From the NCBI GenBank assembly GCA_021414305.1, contig JAIOOS010000001.1, positions 10,694 through 74,693 on the forward strand: 64,000 bases of DNA, read 5' to 3'. Shown piece by piece: positions 27,956 to 37,510 of the stretch. The position numbers and the translations under genes are program-made. This DNA comes from Burkholderiales bacterium. Lineage in GTDB: Bacteria; Pseudomonadota; Gammaproteobacteria; Burkholderiales; Burkholderiaceae_C. Numbering within the stretch: the stretch's first letter is position 1; each line of letters starts with the position of its first letter. The notes beneath the pieces are model-generated. The model saw only the letters and a list, made by a program, of their open reading frames with translations, had not been told where the DNA came from and searched no databases.

Positions 27956-29497
27956 ATGTTGACGGTCGAGCGGTCGCAGTCGAGAGTCGGATCCGCCGAC
28001 GAGCGGCCTCACGCGATCGTCATCGGCAGCGGCTTCGGCGGCCTGGCGGCTGCCGTGCGCCTGGGCGCGCGCGGCTACCGCGTCAGCGTCCTCGAGAAGC
28101 TGGAGGCGCCCGGCGGCCGCGCCTTCGTTCATCGCCAGGACGGCTTCACCTTCGACGCCGGCCCCACGGTCATCACCGCGCCGTTCCTGTTCGAGGAGCT
28201 GTGGGCGCTGGCCGGAAGGCGCCTCGCCGACGACGTCGACCTGCGCCCGGTCGCGCCGTTCTACCGCATCGTCTTCGACGACGGCGAGCGCTTCGAGTAC
28301 AGCGGCGACGCCGCGGCGATGCGCGCCGAGGTGCAGCGCATCGCCCCCGACGACGTCGCCGGCTACGAGCGCTTCCTCGCGGCCAGCGAGGCGATCTTCC
28401 GGGTCGGCTTCGAGGAGCTCGGCGACAAGCCTTTCGATTCCTGGACCGACATGGTCAGGGTCGCGCCCGACCTGCTGCGCCTCGAAGGCTATCGCACGGT
28501 CTGGTCGCTCGCGTGCAAGCACGTGCGCGATCCGCGCCTGCGCGTGGTGCTCACCTTCCAGTCGCTGCTGGTCGGCGGCAATCCGTTCGCGACGACCTCG
28601 GTGTACTGCCTGATCGCGTTTCTCGAGCGGCGCTGGGGCATCCACTTTCCGATGGGCGGCACAGGCAGCCTGGTGAACGGGCTGGTCGGGCTGATCGAAG
28701 GGCAGGGCGGCTCGGTGCGTTGCAGCGCCGGCGTGGCGCAGATCACCGTCGAGGCCGGCCGGGCGACCGGCGTGCGCCTGGAAAACGGCGAGGCGCTCGC
28801 CGCCGACGTGGTGGTCTCGAACGCAGACTCGGCCTGGACCTACCGGCACCTGCTCGCGCCCGAGCACCGCAAGCGCTGGACCGACAAGCGCATCGAGCGG
28901 GCGCGCTACTCGATGAGCCTGTTCGTCTGGTACTTCGGCACGCGCCGCCGCTACGAGGAGGTGGCGCATCACACCATCCTGCTCGGCCCGCGCTACCGCG
29001 AGCTGCTCGGCGACGTGTTCGACAGGAAGGTGCTGGCCGAGGACTTCAGCCTCTACCTGCACCGGCCCACCGCGACCGACCCGTCGCTCGCGCCGCCCGG
29101 CTGCGACGCGTTCTACGTCCTCTCGCCGGTGCCGCATCTCGAGAGCGGCACCGACTGGGCGAGCGTCGGCGAAAGCTATCGGCGGGCGATCGAATCCCGG
29201 CTCGAGGAAAAGCTCCTGCCCGGTCTGAGAAACGAAATCGTCAGCTCGCGCCTGCTCACGCCGCAGGACTTCCAGGATCGGCTCTCCTCGTTTCGCGGCG
29301 CGGCCTTCAGCCTCGAGCCGGTGCTCACGCAGAGCGCGTGGTTCCGGCCGCACAACCGCAGCGAAGAGGTCGACCGGCTCTACCTCGTCGGCGCCGGAAC
29401 CCATCCCGGCGCCGGCCTGCCCGGCGTGCTCTCCTCGGCACGCGTTCTCGACACGGTGGTCCCGCATGCAGACCTCATCGCTCGCGCTCGCAGCTGA
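27956..29497 (+). CDS. crtI: Phytoene desaturase
   Basis: IGSGFGGLAAA, FTFDAGPTVITAP, LLVGGNPF, SAWFRPHN, LYLVGAGTHPGAGLPGVL.SA. Confidence 0.96.
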   Translation: MLTVERSQSRVGSADERPHAIVIGSGFGGLAAAVRLGARGYRVSVLEKLEAPGGRAFVHRQDGFTFDAGPTVITAPFLFEELWALAGRRLADDVDLRPVAPFYRIVFDDGERFEYSGDAAAMRAEVQRIAPDDVAGYERFLAASEAIFRVGFEELGDKPFDSWTDMVRVAPDLLRLEGYRTVWSLACKHVRDPRLRVVLTFQSLLVGGNPFATTSVYCLIAFLERRWGIHFPMGGTGSLVNGLVGLIEGQGGSVRCSAGVAQITVEAGRATGVRLENGEALAADVVVSNADSAWTYRHLLAPEHRKRWTDKRIERARYSMSLFVWYFGTRRRYEEVAHHTILLGPRYRELLGDVFDRKVLAEDFSLYLHRPTATDPSLAPPGCDAFYVLSPVPHLESGTDWASVGESYRRAIESRLEEKLLPGLRNEIVSSRLLTPQDFQDRLSSFRGAAFSLEPVLTQSAWFRPHNRSEEVDRLYLVGAGTHPGAGLPGVLSSARVLDTVVPHADLIARARS

Positions 29498-30569
29498 GAG
29501 CGACCTCATCGCGCCGCCGGGCGGCACGATGGCTCCCGCCGATCTCGCGGCCTGCCGCAGGATGCTCGCCAACGGCTCGCGCACCTTCCTCGCCGCGTCG
29601 CACCTGCTGCCGCGCTCGGTGCGCGACCCGGCGTGCGCGCTCTATGCGTTCTGCCGCATCGCCGACGACGCGATCGATGCCGCGCCGCCCGGCGGCATCG
29701 ACGCCGCCCTCGCAGGCCTGCGGCGCCGCCTCGACATCGCCTACGGCGGCGAGGGCGGCCGGCCTGGCGGCGACGCCGTCGACCGCGCCTTCGCCGCGGT
29801 CGTGCATTGCTTCGCGATCCCGCGCGCCTTGCCCGAGGCCTTGCTCGAGGGCTTCGCCTGGGACGTCTCCGGCCGACGCTACGAGTCGCTCGCCGAGTTG
29901 CAGGACTACGCCGCGCGCGTCGCCGGCACCGTCGGCGCCATGATGGCCCTGGTCATGGGAACCGCGTCGGCCTCGGCGCTGGCCCGTGCCTGCGATCTCG
30001 GCGTGGCGATGCAGCTTTCGAACATCGCCCGCGACGTCGGCGAGGACGCGCGCGCCGGCCGCATCTACCTGCCGCTCGAATGGCTTCGCGACGCCGGCCT
30101 CGACGTCGACGCTTGGCTCGCGGCGCCGCGCTTCGAGCCATGCATCGGCGCTGCGGTGGCCCGCCTGCTGGAGCAGGCCGAGCTGCTGTACTCGCGTGCC
30201 GAAGCGGGCGTGGCCGAGCTGCCGTGGGGCTGCCGCGTCGGCATCGACGCGGCCCGGTCGCTGTATCGCGAGATCGGCCGCGAGGTGGCTCGGCGCGGCT
30301 GCAACTCGGTCGATCGCCGGGCCGTGGTGTCGCCGCGGCGCAAGGCGGCCTTGCTCGCGGGCGCCGCGGTACGCGTGCGCCCGCGCCCGCGGAGCGACGC
30401 CGCGCCGCTGGCTGCGACGCGCTACCTGGTCGATGCTTCGGTGGCGGCGGCGAAGGCATCGCCGCGGCGGGCGGTCGAGCCGTCGCCGGGACGCGTCGCC
30501 TGGTTGATCGACCTGTTCGAGCGCCTCGAGCGCCAGGACCAGCGCGGCGCCGCGAGAAGCGCGCGCTGA
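29466..30569 (+). CDS. crtB: Phytoene synthase
   Basis: GSRTF..AS, LYAFCR.ADDAID, YAARVAGTVG, LGVAMQLSNIARDVGED, GRIYLP. Confidence 0.95.
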   Translation: MQTSSLALAAESDLIAPPGGTMAPADLAACRRMLANGSRTFLAASHLLPRSVRDPACALYAFCRIADDAIDAAPPGGIDAALAGLRRRLDIAYGGEGGRPGGDAVDRAFAAVVHCFAIPRALPEALLEGFAWDVSGRRYESLAELQDYAARVAGTVGAMMALVMGTASASALARACDLGVAMQLSNIARDVGEDARAGRIYLPLEWLRDAGLDVDAWLAAPRFEPCIGAAVARLLEQAELLYSRAEAGVAELPWGCRVGIDAARSLYREIGREVARRGCNSVDRRAVVSPRRKAALLAGAAVRVRPRPRSDAAPLAATRYLVDASVAAAKASPRRAVEPSPGRVAWLIDLFERLERQDQRGAARSAR

Positions 30570-30583
30570 GCGAAGCGACCGGC

Positions 30584-30772
30584 GTGGATCGACCGCCGCT
30601 GATCGTTCTGGAAGTCGTGCTCGGTGGCCTCGTTCCGCTCGGCTGGGCCGTGTGGGAGCTGATGTCCTTGCGCCGCGACCGCAAGCGCCAGGAGCGCGAA
30701 GCGAGGGGCATGGAAGGGGCTGACGGCGCTGCGCCCGAACCGGACGTCGCGCGGGAAGACCGCCGGGCTTGA
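30584..30772 (+). CDS. Small putative single-pass membrane protein after crtB
   Basis: GTG start; MDRPPLIVLEVVLGGLVPLGWAVWELMSLRRDRKRQ = hydrophobic helix followed by a positive-inside cluster. Confidence 0.45.
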   Translation: MDRPPLIVLEVVLGGLVPLGWAVWELMSLRRDRKRQEREARGMEGADGAAPEPDVAREDRRA

Positions 30773-30791
30773 ACTCCGGCGCGCGCGAAGG

Positions 30792-32021
30792 TCAACGGCG
30801 CCGCGGCATGCGAAACGGCAGCATCGCCTGCACCCAGGGCGAGGCGAAGCGATCGAGATCGAGGCTCTCGTGCACGGCCGTGACGTCCTCGCCGAGGAGG
30901 CGCGAGCGCAGCAGCGAGCGGGCGTAGAACGGGCCGTCTTCGAGGCTGGCGACGATCTCGGCCCGCCCGTCCGCGTCGCTGCGCGTGGCCCGCTGGATGC
31001 GCCATGCCGATCGGGGCAGCGCCTGAGGCGCGGGCGCCGCCAGGGCCAGGGTGGCCGTGCTGCCGGGCTCGAAGCGCAGCGCCAGGCCGAGCTCGCTGCC
31101 GTCGCGCCGCGTCACGTCGTACAGCACCGACGTGCGGCCCGAAGCCGAGCGGGCGCGCGACCAGTGCCAGCGGGCGAAGTCGCGCTCCAGCGGTCGCGTG
31201 CCGTGGTTGCTGTCGAAGTAACCGTGGCCGCTCCAGCGGCTTGCGGGCTGCGCGAGGTCCACCTCGATCCCGGCACAGGGCGCGATCGGCCGCCAGCGAT
31301 GGTGGCCGGCCGCATCGAGCGCGTGGTCGGCGTCGGGCAGCGAGCTTGCCGACAGCCGAACCGTGCCGCGGATGCGCGAGGGCCAGGGCGCGGTGACCTC
31401 GTCGAGCGCGATCGACAGGCTGGCGCCATCCCACGCCAGCGCGCTGCGGCCGATGCGAAGGCTCGTCGCGCTGCGTTCGACCGAGCGCGCGCCGCGCTCG
31501 GTCATCGCCCAGCGCCTGCCGTCGCTGCCGTAGAGCGCGACGTTGACGGCCGCGTGCTCGAGCGGATCGGCATCGCCGCGGCGTCGTGCCCACGCGTAAT
31601 AGGGCGAGAAGACGCTGCCGAGGAAGGCGATGATCGTCAGCCCGCGCGTTCCGTCGTCGCTCAGCGCATCGATGTACCACCATGCGTAGCCGGAATCGGG
31701 AATCGGGCGGTCGAAGCCCGGTCCCGGGCCCGGTCGGCCAAGAGGCTCGTGGCCGCCTGCCGACCCGAGAGCGCCGCCATCGGCACGCCCGGACCGGGAT
31801 GCACCGAGCCCCCCGCGAGATACAGCCCCGGGATCGCGCTGCGTGCCCCCGGCCGGCTGAACGAAGCCGCCCAGCCGTGCGAGGCCTGGCCGTAGAGCGC
31901 CCCACCGCTGCCCGGATAGAGCCGCGCGAAGTCGACCGGCGTCGTCGTCACGGTCCGCGCCGGGTCGCTCCGGATCTGCAATCCGTTGCGCGCCAGCACG
32001 TTCGACATTCGTTCCTGGCAT
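30792..32021 (-). CDS. crtC: Carotenoid 1,2-hydratase (hydroxyneurosporene synthase); start uncertain, conserved core begins near 31720
   Basis: GYAWWYIDALSDDG, IIAFLGSVFSPYY, WAMTERG, H.WRPIAP, GHGYFDSN.G, DGPFYARS, HESLDLDRF, MLPFRMPR. Confidence 0.9.
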   Translation of the reverse strand: MPGTNVERAGAQRIADPERPGADRDDDAGRLRAALSGQRWGALRPGLARLGGFVQPAGGTQRDPGAVSRGGLGASRSGRADGGALGSAGGHEPLGRPGPGPGFDRPIPDSGYAWWYIDALSDDGTRGLTIIAFLGSVFSPYYAWARRRGDADPLEHAAVNVALYGSDGRRWAMTERGARSVERSATSLRIGRSALAWDGASLSIALDEVTAPWPSRIRGTVRLSASSLPDADHALDAAGHHRWRPIAPCAGIEVDLAQPASRWSGHGYFDSNHGTRPLERDFARWHWSRARSASGRTSVLYDVTRRDGSELGLALRFEPGSTATLALAAPAPQALPRSAWRIQRATRSDADGRAEIVASLEDGPFYARSLLRSRLLGEDVTAVHESLDLDRFASPWVQAMLPFRMPRRR

Positions 32022-33268
32022 CTGGACACCTCCTGGGGATCGAACGTCGCGGCGTCGCCGTTGGCGGGGGCGTTGACGAGGCAGAGCAGTCGTTCCGGAT
32101 CGGCGTTCGGCCGGGCGCCGGCGTCGTCGCGGTCCTGCGCGCAGACGTAGACGGTCGGATCGCGAGGCACCTGGCCGCGTTTGAAGATCGCATCGAACTC
32201 GTCGCGATAGTCGGCGCCGAAGAAGACGTTGTGGCGCAGCAGCGGAAAGCCGTCGCCGTGGCCGACGACGTTCCACGTCAGGGCGGAAAGCGATCGTCGC
32301 GCCTGGGGGGTGGCTCGCACCGCGCTGCGTGCGCCGCTGCCGAGCAGCCCGCCGGCGAGCGCCGCGACGTCGCCATTGAAGATCACGGCATCGGCGCCGA
32401 TGAGCTCGCTGCCGCCATCGTCCGCGTCGATCCGGACCCCGGTCGCCCGGCCGCCCTCGACGACGACCTCGCGAACGTCGCAGCCGAGGCGGATCGTTGC
32501 GCCGAGTTGTGTGGCCAGGCGGGCGAGCGCGCGCGCGATGCCGTGCATTCCGCCGTCGACCAGCCAGACGCCCTGCTGCTCGACGTGGGCCACGAGCATC
32601 AGCGTCGCCGGCGCGGCGAACGGCGACGAGCCGCAATAGGTGGCGTAGCGCCCGAACAACTGTTGCAGGCGCGGGTCGCGGAACGACTCGCCGAGCGCGC
32701 TCCAGAGGGTGGAGAAGGGCGCGATCCGCAGCAGCCCCGGCAGGCCGCGCCAGCCGGCGCGCGCCGTCAGCGAGAGGGGCGTCGGCCGCGCGGCCCGCAG
32801 GAACGGACGCTCGAGCGTGCCGTAGACGTCGGCAGCGCGGGCGCAGAACGCGCGATAGCGACGCCCTTCGCCGGGTCCGGCGAACGCGGCGATCGCGTCG
32901 ACCGAACGGTCGATGTCGGCGAACAGGTCGAGCCGCTCGGACTCGCTCCATGCGTGTCGAGCGAGCGTTTCCACCGACCGGGTCGGCAGGTGGGCATCGA
33001 GGTCGACGCCGGCATCCGCGAACAGCTCCTCGAAGACCCAGCGCATCGTGAAGACGGTGGGGCCGGCGTCGAGAGGGCGGTCGCCGATCATCACTTCACG
33101 CAGCTTGCCGCCGGGCGTGCCGGCGCGCTCCACGACGAGAACCTCGACGCCGCGGCGGGCCAGGTCGATCGCCGCCGCCAGCCCGCCGACACCGGCGCCG
33201 ACGATCACCGCTCGCGCCGCCCCGGCGTCCCGGCGAGGGTTTCGCGGCAATTGACGCTGCTCGCTCAT
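31661..33268 (-). CDS. crtD: 1-hydroxycarotenoid 3,4-desaturase
   Basis: VGAGVGGLAAA, DAGPTVFTMRWVFE, LFGRYATYCGSSP, HNVFF, GGSVHPGPGVPMAALSG. Confidence 0.95.
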   Translation of the reverse strand: MSEQRQLPRNPRRDAGAARAVIVGAGVGGLAAAIDLARRGVEVLVVERAGTPGGKLREVMIGDRPLDAGPTVFTMRWVFEELFADAGVDLDAHLPTRSVETLARHAWSESERLDLFADIDRSVDAIAAFAGPGEGRRYRAFCARAADVYGTLERPFLRAARPTPLSLTARAGWRGLPGLLRIAPFSTLWSALGESFRDPRLQQLFGRYATYCGSSPFAAPATLMLVAHVEQQGVWLVDGGMHGIARALARLATQLGATIRLGCDVREVVVEGGRATGVRIDADDGGSELIGADAVIFNGDVAALAGGLLGSGARSAVRATPQARRSLSALTWNVVGHGDGFPLLRHNVFFGADYRDEFDAIFKRGQVPRDPTVYVCAQDRDDAGARPNADPERLLCLVNAPANGDAATFDPQEVSRCQERMSNVLARNGLQIRSDPARTVTTTPVDFARLYPGSGGALYGQASHGWAASFSRPGARSAIPGLYLAGGSVHPGPGVPMAALSGRQAATSLLADRARDRASTARFPIPATHGGTSMR

Positions 33269-33269
33269 G

Positions 33270-33313
33270 TGTCTATTCTGATTGACATTAGATCTGTTCA
33301 ACAAAGATTGACA
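33270..33313. promoter_or_regulatory. Tandem PpsR sites in the divergent crtD/crtE promoter
   Basis: TGTCTATTCTGATTGACA (33270-33287, canonical), 8-bp spacer, then GTTCAACAAAGATTGACA (33296-33313, degenerate left arm). Confidence 0.8.
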
Positions 33314-33328
33314 TCACGAGGAGCGAAC

Positions 33329-34213
33329 TTGCTGCAACTCACGACGCGAATCGCAGGGGCGGTGGAGGCTGCAGTGGCAGCGGGCGAAGCACAAGGGTGT
33401 CCGCCGACGCTGGCGGCGGCGATCCGGCATGCCGTCTTCCCCGGCGGAGCGCGGATTCGCCCGCAACTCTGCATCGCCGTCGCAGGAGCCTGCGGCGACG
33501 ACGATCCGCGCCTTGCCGACGCCGCTGCCACGGCGATCGAACTGCTGCACTGCGCCTCGCTCGTCCACGACGACCTGCCGTGCTTCGACGACGCGGCCTT
33601 CCGCCGCGGCGCGCCCTCGGTGCACAGCGCCTTCGGCGAGCGGATCGCGGTCCTCGCCGGCGACGCCTTGATCGTCCTCGCCTTCCAGACTCTCGCGACC
33701 GGCGCCGCGCGATCCCCGGGCCGGCTGGCCCCGCTCCTCGGTACTCTGGGGCGCGGCGTCGGCATGCCGTTCGGCATCGTCGCCGGCCAGGCCTGGGAGT
33801 GCGAGCCGCAGGTCGATCTTTCCGACTACCAGCGGGCCAAGACCGGCGCCCTTTTCGCCGCCGCGACGATGGCCGGCGCGCAGGCGGCTGGTTCGGAGCC
33901 CGAGCCGTGGCGCGCGTTCGGCGAGTGGCTGGGCGAGGCCTACCAGGTTGCCGACGACATTCGCGACGCGGCCTTCGATCCCGACCTGATCGGCAAGCCC
34001 ACGGGTCGCGACGTCGCCCTCGGCCGTCCGAGCGTGGCCCGCGAGCTGGGCGTGCGCGAAGCGATCCGTCGCTTCGAGAAACTGGTGGCGAGCTGCGCGG
34101 CGGCGATTCCCGCGTGCCGGGGCGCGTCGCGCCTGCGCGCGCTGGTGCAGGTCGAATCGGAGCGCCTCGTGCCCAAGGCCTGGACCGAGCAGCTGGAACG
34201 CATCGCCGCCTGA
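33329..34213 (+). CDS. crtE: Geranylgeranyl diphosphate synthase
   Basis: TTG start after a GAGGAG RBS; FPGGARIRPQL, HCASLVHDDLPCFDD, AGQAWE, YQRAKTGALF, YQVADD. Confidence 0.94.
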   Translation: MLQLTTRIAGAVEAAVAAGEAQGCPPTLAAAIRHAVFPGGARIRPQLCIAVAGACGDDDPRLADAAATAIELLHCASLVHDDLPCFDDAAFRRGAPSVHSAFGERIAVLAGDALIVLAFQTLATGAARSPGRLAPLLGTLGRGVGMPFGIVAGQAWECEPQVDLSDYQRAKTGALFAAATMAGAQAAGSEPEPWRAFGEWLGEAYQVADDIRDAAFDPDLIGKPTGRDVALGRPSVARELGVREAIRRFEKLVASCAAAIPACRGASRLRALVQVESERLVPKAWTEQLERIAA

Positions 34214-34234
34214 GCGGCGCGCCGGTCGAGCGCG

Positions 34235-35416
34235 ATGTCCCTGCTGTCACGCGCCGAAACGCCACCGCCTGCGTCGTCGAGGCCGTGGCGGGATCGCTGG
34301 CTGGCGTGGCGCGACCGCTGCCTGGCCAGCCCGGCGTTCCAGCGCCACGCCGCCCGGTTCCGGCCGACGCGGGCGATCGCGCGCAAGCGCGCATCGCAGG
34401 TGTTCGATCTGGTCGCGGGCTTCGTCTACTCCCAGGTGCTGCTGGCCTGCGTCAGGCTCGACCTCTTCGACGTGCTGGCCGAAGGGCCGCAGACGCTCGA
34501 TGCGCTCGCGGCGCGGCTCGGGCTCGAAGGCGTCGCGGCCGAACGGTTGCTGGCCGCGGCCGTCGCCCTGAGGCTGGTCGAGCGGCGCAGCGGCGGGCGC
34601 TACGGGCTGGGCGTGCTCGGCGCGCCGCTGGTCGGCAACGCCGGCCTCGCGGCGATGATCGAGCACCACTCGCTGCTCTACGCGGACCTGGCCGACCCGG
34701 TGGCCTTGCTGCGCGGCAACGCGCCCGGACGACTGGCCGCCTACTGGCCCTACGCGGGCCTTCCGGATCCGGCGCAGGCCGGCGGCGATGACGTCGTGCC
34801 GTATTCGGCGCTGATGGCCGCCTCGCAGCCTTTGGTGGCCGACGCGATCCTCGACGCGATCGACCTCGGCGCGCATCACTGCCTGCTCGATGTCGGCGGC
34901 GGCGACGGCAGTTTCCTCGTCGCCGCAGCGGCGCGCGCGCCCGAGCTCGAGCTGCGCCTGTTCGACCTGCCTGCCGTTGCCGAGTTGGCGACCCGGCGCT
35001 TCATCGCCGCGGGCCTGCAGGCCCGTGCGCGGGCGACCGGTGGCAGCTTCCTGGTCGACCGACTTCCCGAGGGCGCCGACCTCGCCACCCTGGTTCGCGT
35101 GCTGCACGACCACGACGACGCCCGAGTCATGACCTTGCTGCGCGCCGTGCGCGAGGCGCTCCGGCCCGGCGGCACGCTGGTCGTCGCCGAGCCGATGGCC
35201 GAAACGCCGGGTGCCGAGGCGATGGGCGACGCGTACTTCGGTTTCTATCTCCTCGCCATGGGGCGGGGTCGGCCGCGCACGAGCGAGCGGCTCGCGGAGA
35301 TGCTGGCCGCGGCGGGTTTCGTTGCGATACGCGCCCTCGCGACGGCGCAGCCGCTGCAGGCCCGGCTGCTCGTTGCTCGCACGTCATCCGCGAAAACCCT
35401 GAAGCCAAAACCGTAA
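34235..35416 (+). CDS. crtF: Hydroxyneurosporene/demethylspheroidene O-methyltransferase
   Basis: FDLVAGFVYSQVL, MIEHH..LY.DL.DP, LLDVGGGDG SAM motif, VRVLHDH, DAYFGFYLLAMGRG. Confidence 0.95.
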   Translation: MSLLSRAETPPPASSRPWRDRWLAWRDRCLASPAFQRHAARFRPTRAIARKRASQVFDLVAGFVYSQVLLACVRLDLFDVLAEGPQTLDALAARLGLEGVAAERLLAAAVALRLVERRSGGRYGLGVLGAPLVGNAGLAAMIEHHSLLYADLADPVALLRGNAPGRLAAYWPYAGLPDPAQAGGDDVVPYSALMAASQPLVADAILDAIDLGAHHCLLDVGGGDGSFLVAAAARAPELELRLFDLPAVAELATRRFIAAGLQARARATGGSFLVDRLPEGADLATLVRVLHDHDDARVMTLLRAVREALRPGGTLVVAEPMAETPGAEAMGDAYFGFYLLAMGRGRPRTSERLAEMLAAAGFVAIRALATAQPLQARLLVARTSSAKTLKPKP

Positions 35417-35455
35417 ACCAAGATTGACAGCGCAAACAGTAAGCCTAAGATGACA
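35412..35455 (+). promoter_or_regulatory. bchC promoter with tandem PpsR sites over -35/-10
   Basis: CGTAAACCAAGATTGACA, 8-bp spacer, AGTAAGCCTAAGATGACA; TTGACA (35424-35429) and TAAGAT (35446-35451) separated by 16 bp. Confidence 0.85.
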
Positions 35456-35540
35456 TCGTGATTCGGCCCCTTGCAGTCTTCTCCCCCCGCGACGCGGCCT
35501 CGACCGTGGCGGTCGTGGAGCGGACGAAGAGGTCGCCGGG

Positions 35541-36497
35541 ATGAACACCCTGGCCGTGGTTCTCGAGCGACCCGAGCACCTGGCGCTCAGCCGCCTCGAA
35601 CTGACCGCAGCAGGGGCCAAGGACCTGGTCGTCGAGATCGCCCACAGCGGCATCAGCACCGGGACCGAAAAGCTGCTCTGGACCGGCCGCATGCCGAGCT
35701 TTCCCGGCATGGGCTATCCCCTCGTTCCCGGCTACGAATCGGTGGGCATCGTCAGCCACGCCGGGCCGGAATCGGGGCACCGCGTCGGCGACCATGTCTT
35801 CGTTCCGGGCGCGCGCTGCTTCGGCGAGGTGCGCGGCCTGTTCGGCGGCGCCGCATCGCGGCTCGTGGTCGACGGCGCCCGCGTGGTCCCCATCGACGCC
35901 GCGCTTGGCGAGCAGGGCGTGCTGCTCGCGCTCGCCGCCACCGCGTATCACGCGGTCGCCGGTGAAGAGCGGCTCGGCGGATCGATCACGCCGCCCGACC
36001 TGATCGTCGGCCACGGCGTGCTCGGTCGCCTGCTCGCGCGCCTCACGGTCGCCGCCGGCTACGCGCCGCCCACCGTCTGGGAGCTCAATCCGGAGCGCCA
36101 GGGCGGCGCCGAGGGCTACGCGGTGGTCAACCCCGACGACGATGCCCGGCGCGACTACCGCGCCATCTACGACGTCAGCGGCGACGCCTCGATCCTCGAT
36201 GCGCTGATCGCCCGCCTCGCCCCCGGCGGCGAGGTCGTGCTCGCCGGCTTCTACAGCGATCGCCTCTCGTTCGCCTTCGCGCCCGCCTTCATGCGCGAGG
36301 CGCGGGTGCGCGCCGCCGCCGAATGGCAGAAGCCCGACCTGCTCGCGGTGCGCGAGCTGATCGAGGCGGGCCGGGTCTCGCTCGACGGCCTGATCACCCA
36401 CCGCGAGCGCGCCGAGCGCGCGGCTCGCGCCTACCCGGTCGCGTTCGGCGACTCGGCCTGTCTGAAGATGGTCCTCGACTGGAGAGAGTGCGCATGA
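35541..36497 (+). CDS. bchC: 3-hydroxyethyl bacteriochlorophyllide a dehydrogenase
   Basis: [60 protein letters not shown]. Confidence 0.96.
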   Translation: MNTLAVVLERPEHLALSRLELTAAGAKDLVVEIAHSGISTGTEKLLWTGRMPSFPGMGYPLVPGYESVGIVSHAGPESGHRVGDHVFVPGARCFGEVRGLFGGAASRLVVDGARVVPIDAALGEQGVLLALAATAYHAVAGEERLGGSITPPDLIVGHGVLGRLLARLTVAAGYAPPTVWELNPERQGGAEGYAVVNPDDDARRDYRAIYDVSGDASILDALIARLAPGGEVVLAGFYSDRLSFAFAPAFMREARVRAAAEWQKPDLLAVRELIEAGRVSLDGLITHRERAERAARAYPVAFGDSACLKMVLDWRECA

Positions 36498-37510
36498 GCC
36501 AGGCATCCGCGGTTCCGGCATCGGCCCCGGTCAAGTTCATGGAGCGGTTGCGCGCCGAAGCGGCGATCGAGCCCGATCCCGTGCCGACGACCTCGCCGGC
36601 GGCGAAGACGACGCAGATCATCGCGATCTACGGCAAGGGCGGCATCGGCAAGAGCTTCACCCTCGCCAACCTCAGCTACATGATGGCGCAGCTCGGCAAG
36701 AAGGTGCTGCTGATCGGCTGCGACCCGAAGAGCGACACGACCTCGCTGCTGTTCGGCGGCCGGGCCTGCCCGACCATCATCGAGACCTCGTCGAAGAAGA
36801 AGCTGGCTGGCGAGACGGTCGCGATCGGCGACGTCTGCTTCAAGCGCGACGGCGTGTTCGCGATGGAGCTCGGCGGACCCGAGGTCGGCCGCGGCTGCGG
36901 CGGGCGCGGCATCATTCACGGCTTCGAGACGCTCGAGAAGCTGGGCTTCCACGACTGGGGCTTCGACTACGTGCTGCTCGATTTCCTGGGCGACGTGGTC
37001 TGCGGCGGCTTCGGCCTGCCGATCGCCCGCGACATGTGCCAGAAGGTCATCGTCGTCGGCTCGAACGACCTGCAGTCGCTCTACGTCGCCAACAACGTCT
37101 GCTCCGCGGTCGAGTACTTCAGGAAGCTCGGCGGCAACGTCGGCGTCGCCGGCATGGTGATCAACAAGGACGACGGCACCGGCGAGGCCGCGGCCTTCGC
37201 CGAGCGCGCCGGCATCCCGGTGCTCTCGGCGATTCCGGCCAACGACGACATCAGGAAGAAGAGTGCGAGCTACGAGATCATCGGCCGCCCCGGCACCGAG
37301 TGGGCGCCGCTGTTCGAGACGCTGGCGACCAACGTCGCCGAGGCGCCGCCGGTGCGGCCGAAGCCGCTCTCGCAGGACGAACTGCTCGGCCTGTTCTCGG
37401 CCGATTCGACCGGCCGCAACGTCGTCCTCGAGCCGGCGACGATCTTCGACATGGTCGGCAAGAACGAGATCGTCAAGCCGACGCTCGAAGTGGTCTACGA
37501 CACGGTGTGA
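36494..37510 (+). CDS. bchX: Chlorophyllide a reductase iron protein
   Basis: [57 protein letters not shown]. Confidence 0.97.
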   Translation: MSQASAVPASAPVKFMERLRAEAAIEPDPVPTTSPAAKTTQIIAIYGKGGIGKSFTLANLSYMMAQLGKKVLLIGCDPKSDTTSLLFGGRACPTIIETSSKKKLAGETVAIGDVCFKRDGVFAMELGGPEVGRGCGGRGIIHGFETLEKLGFHDWGFDYVLLDFLGDVVCGGFGLPIARDMCQKVIVVGSNDLQSLYVANNVCSAVEYFRKLGGNVGVAGMVINKDDGTGEAAAFAERAGIPVLSAIPANDDIRKKSASYEIIGRPGTEWAPLFETLATNVAEAPPVRPKPLSQDELLGLFSADSTGRNVVLEPATIFDMVGKNEIVKPTLEVVYDTV

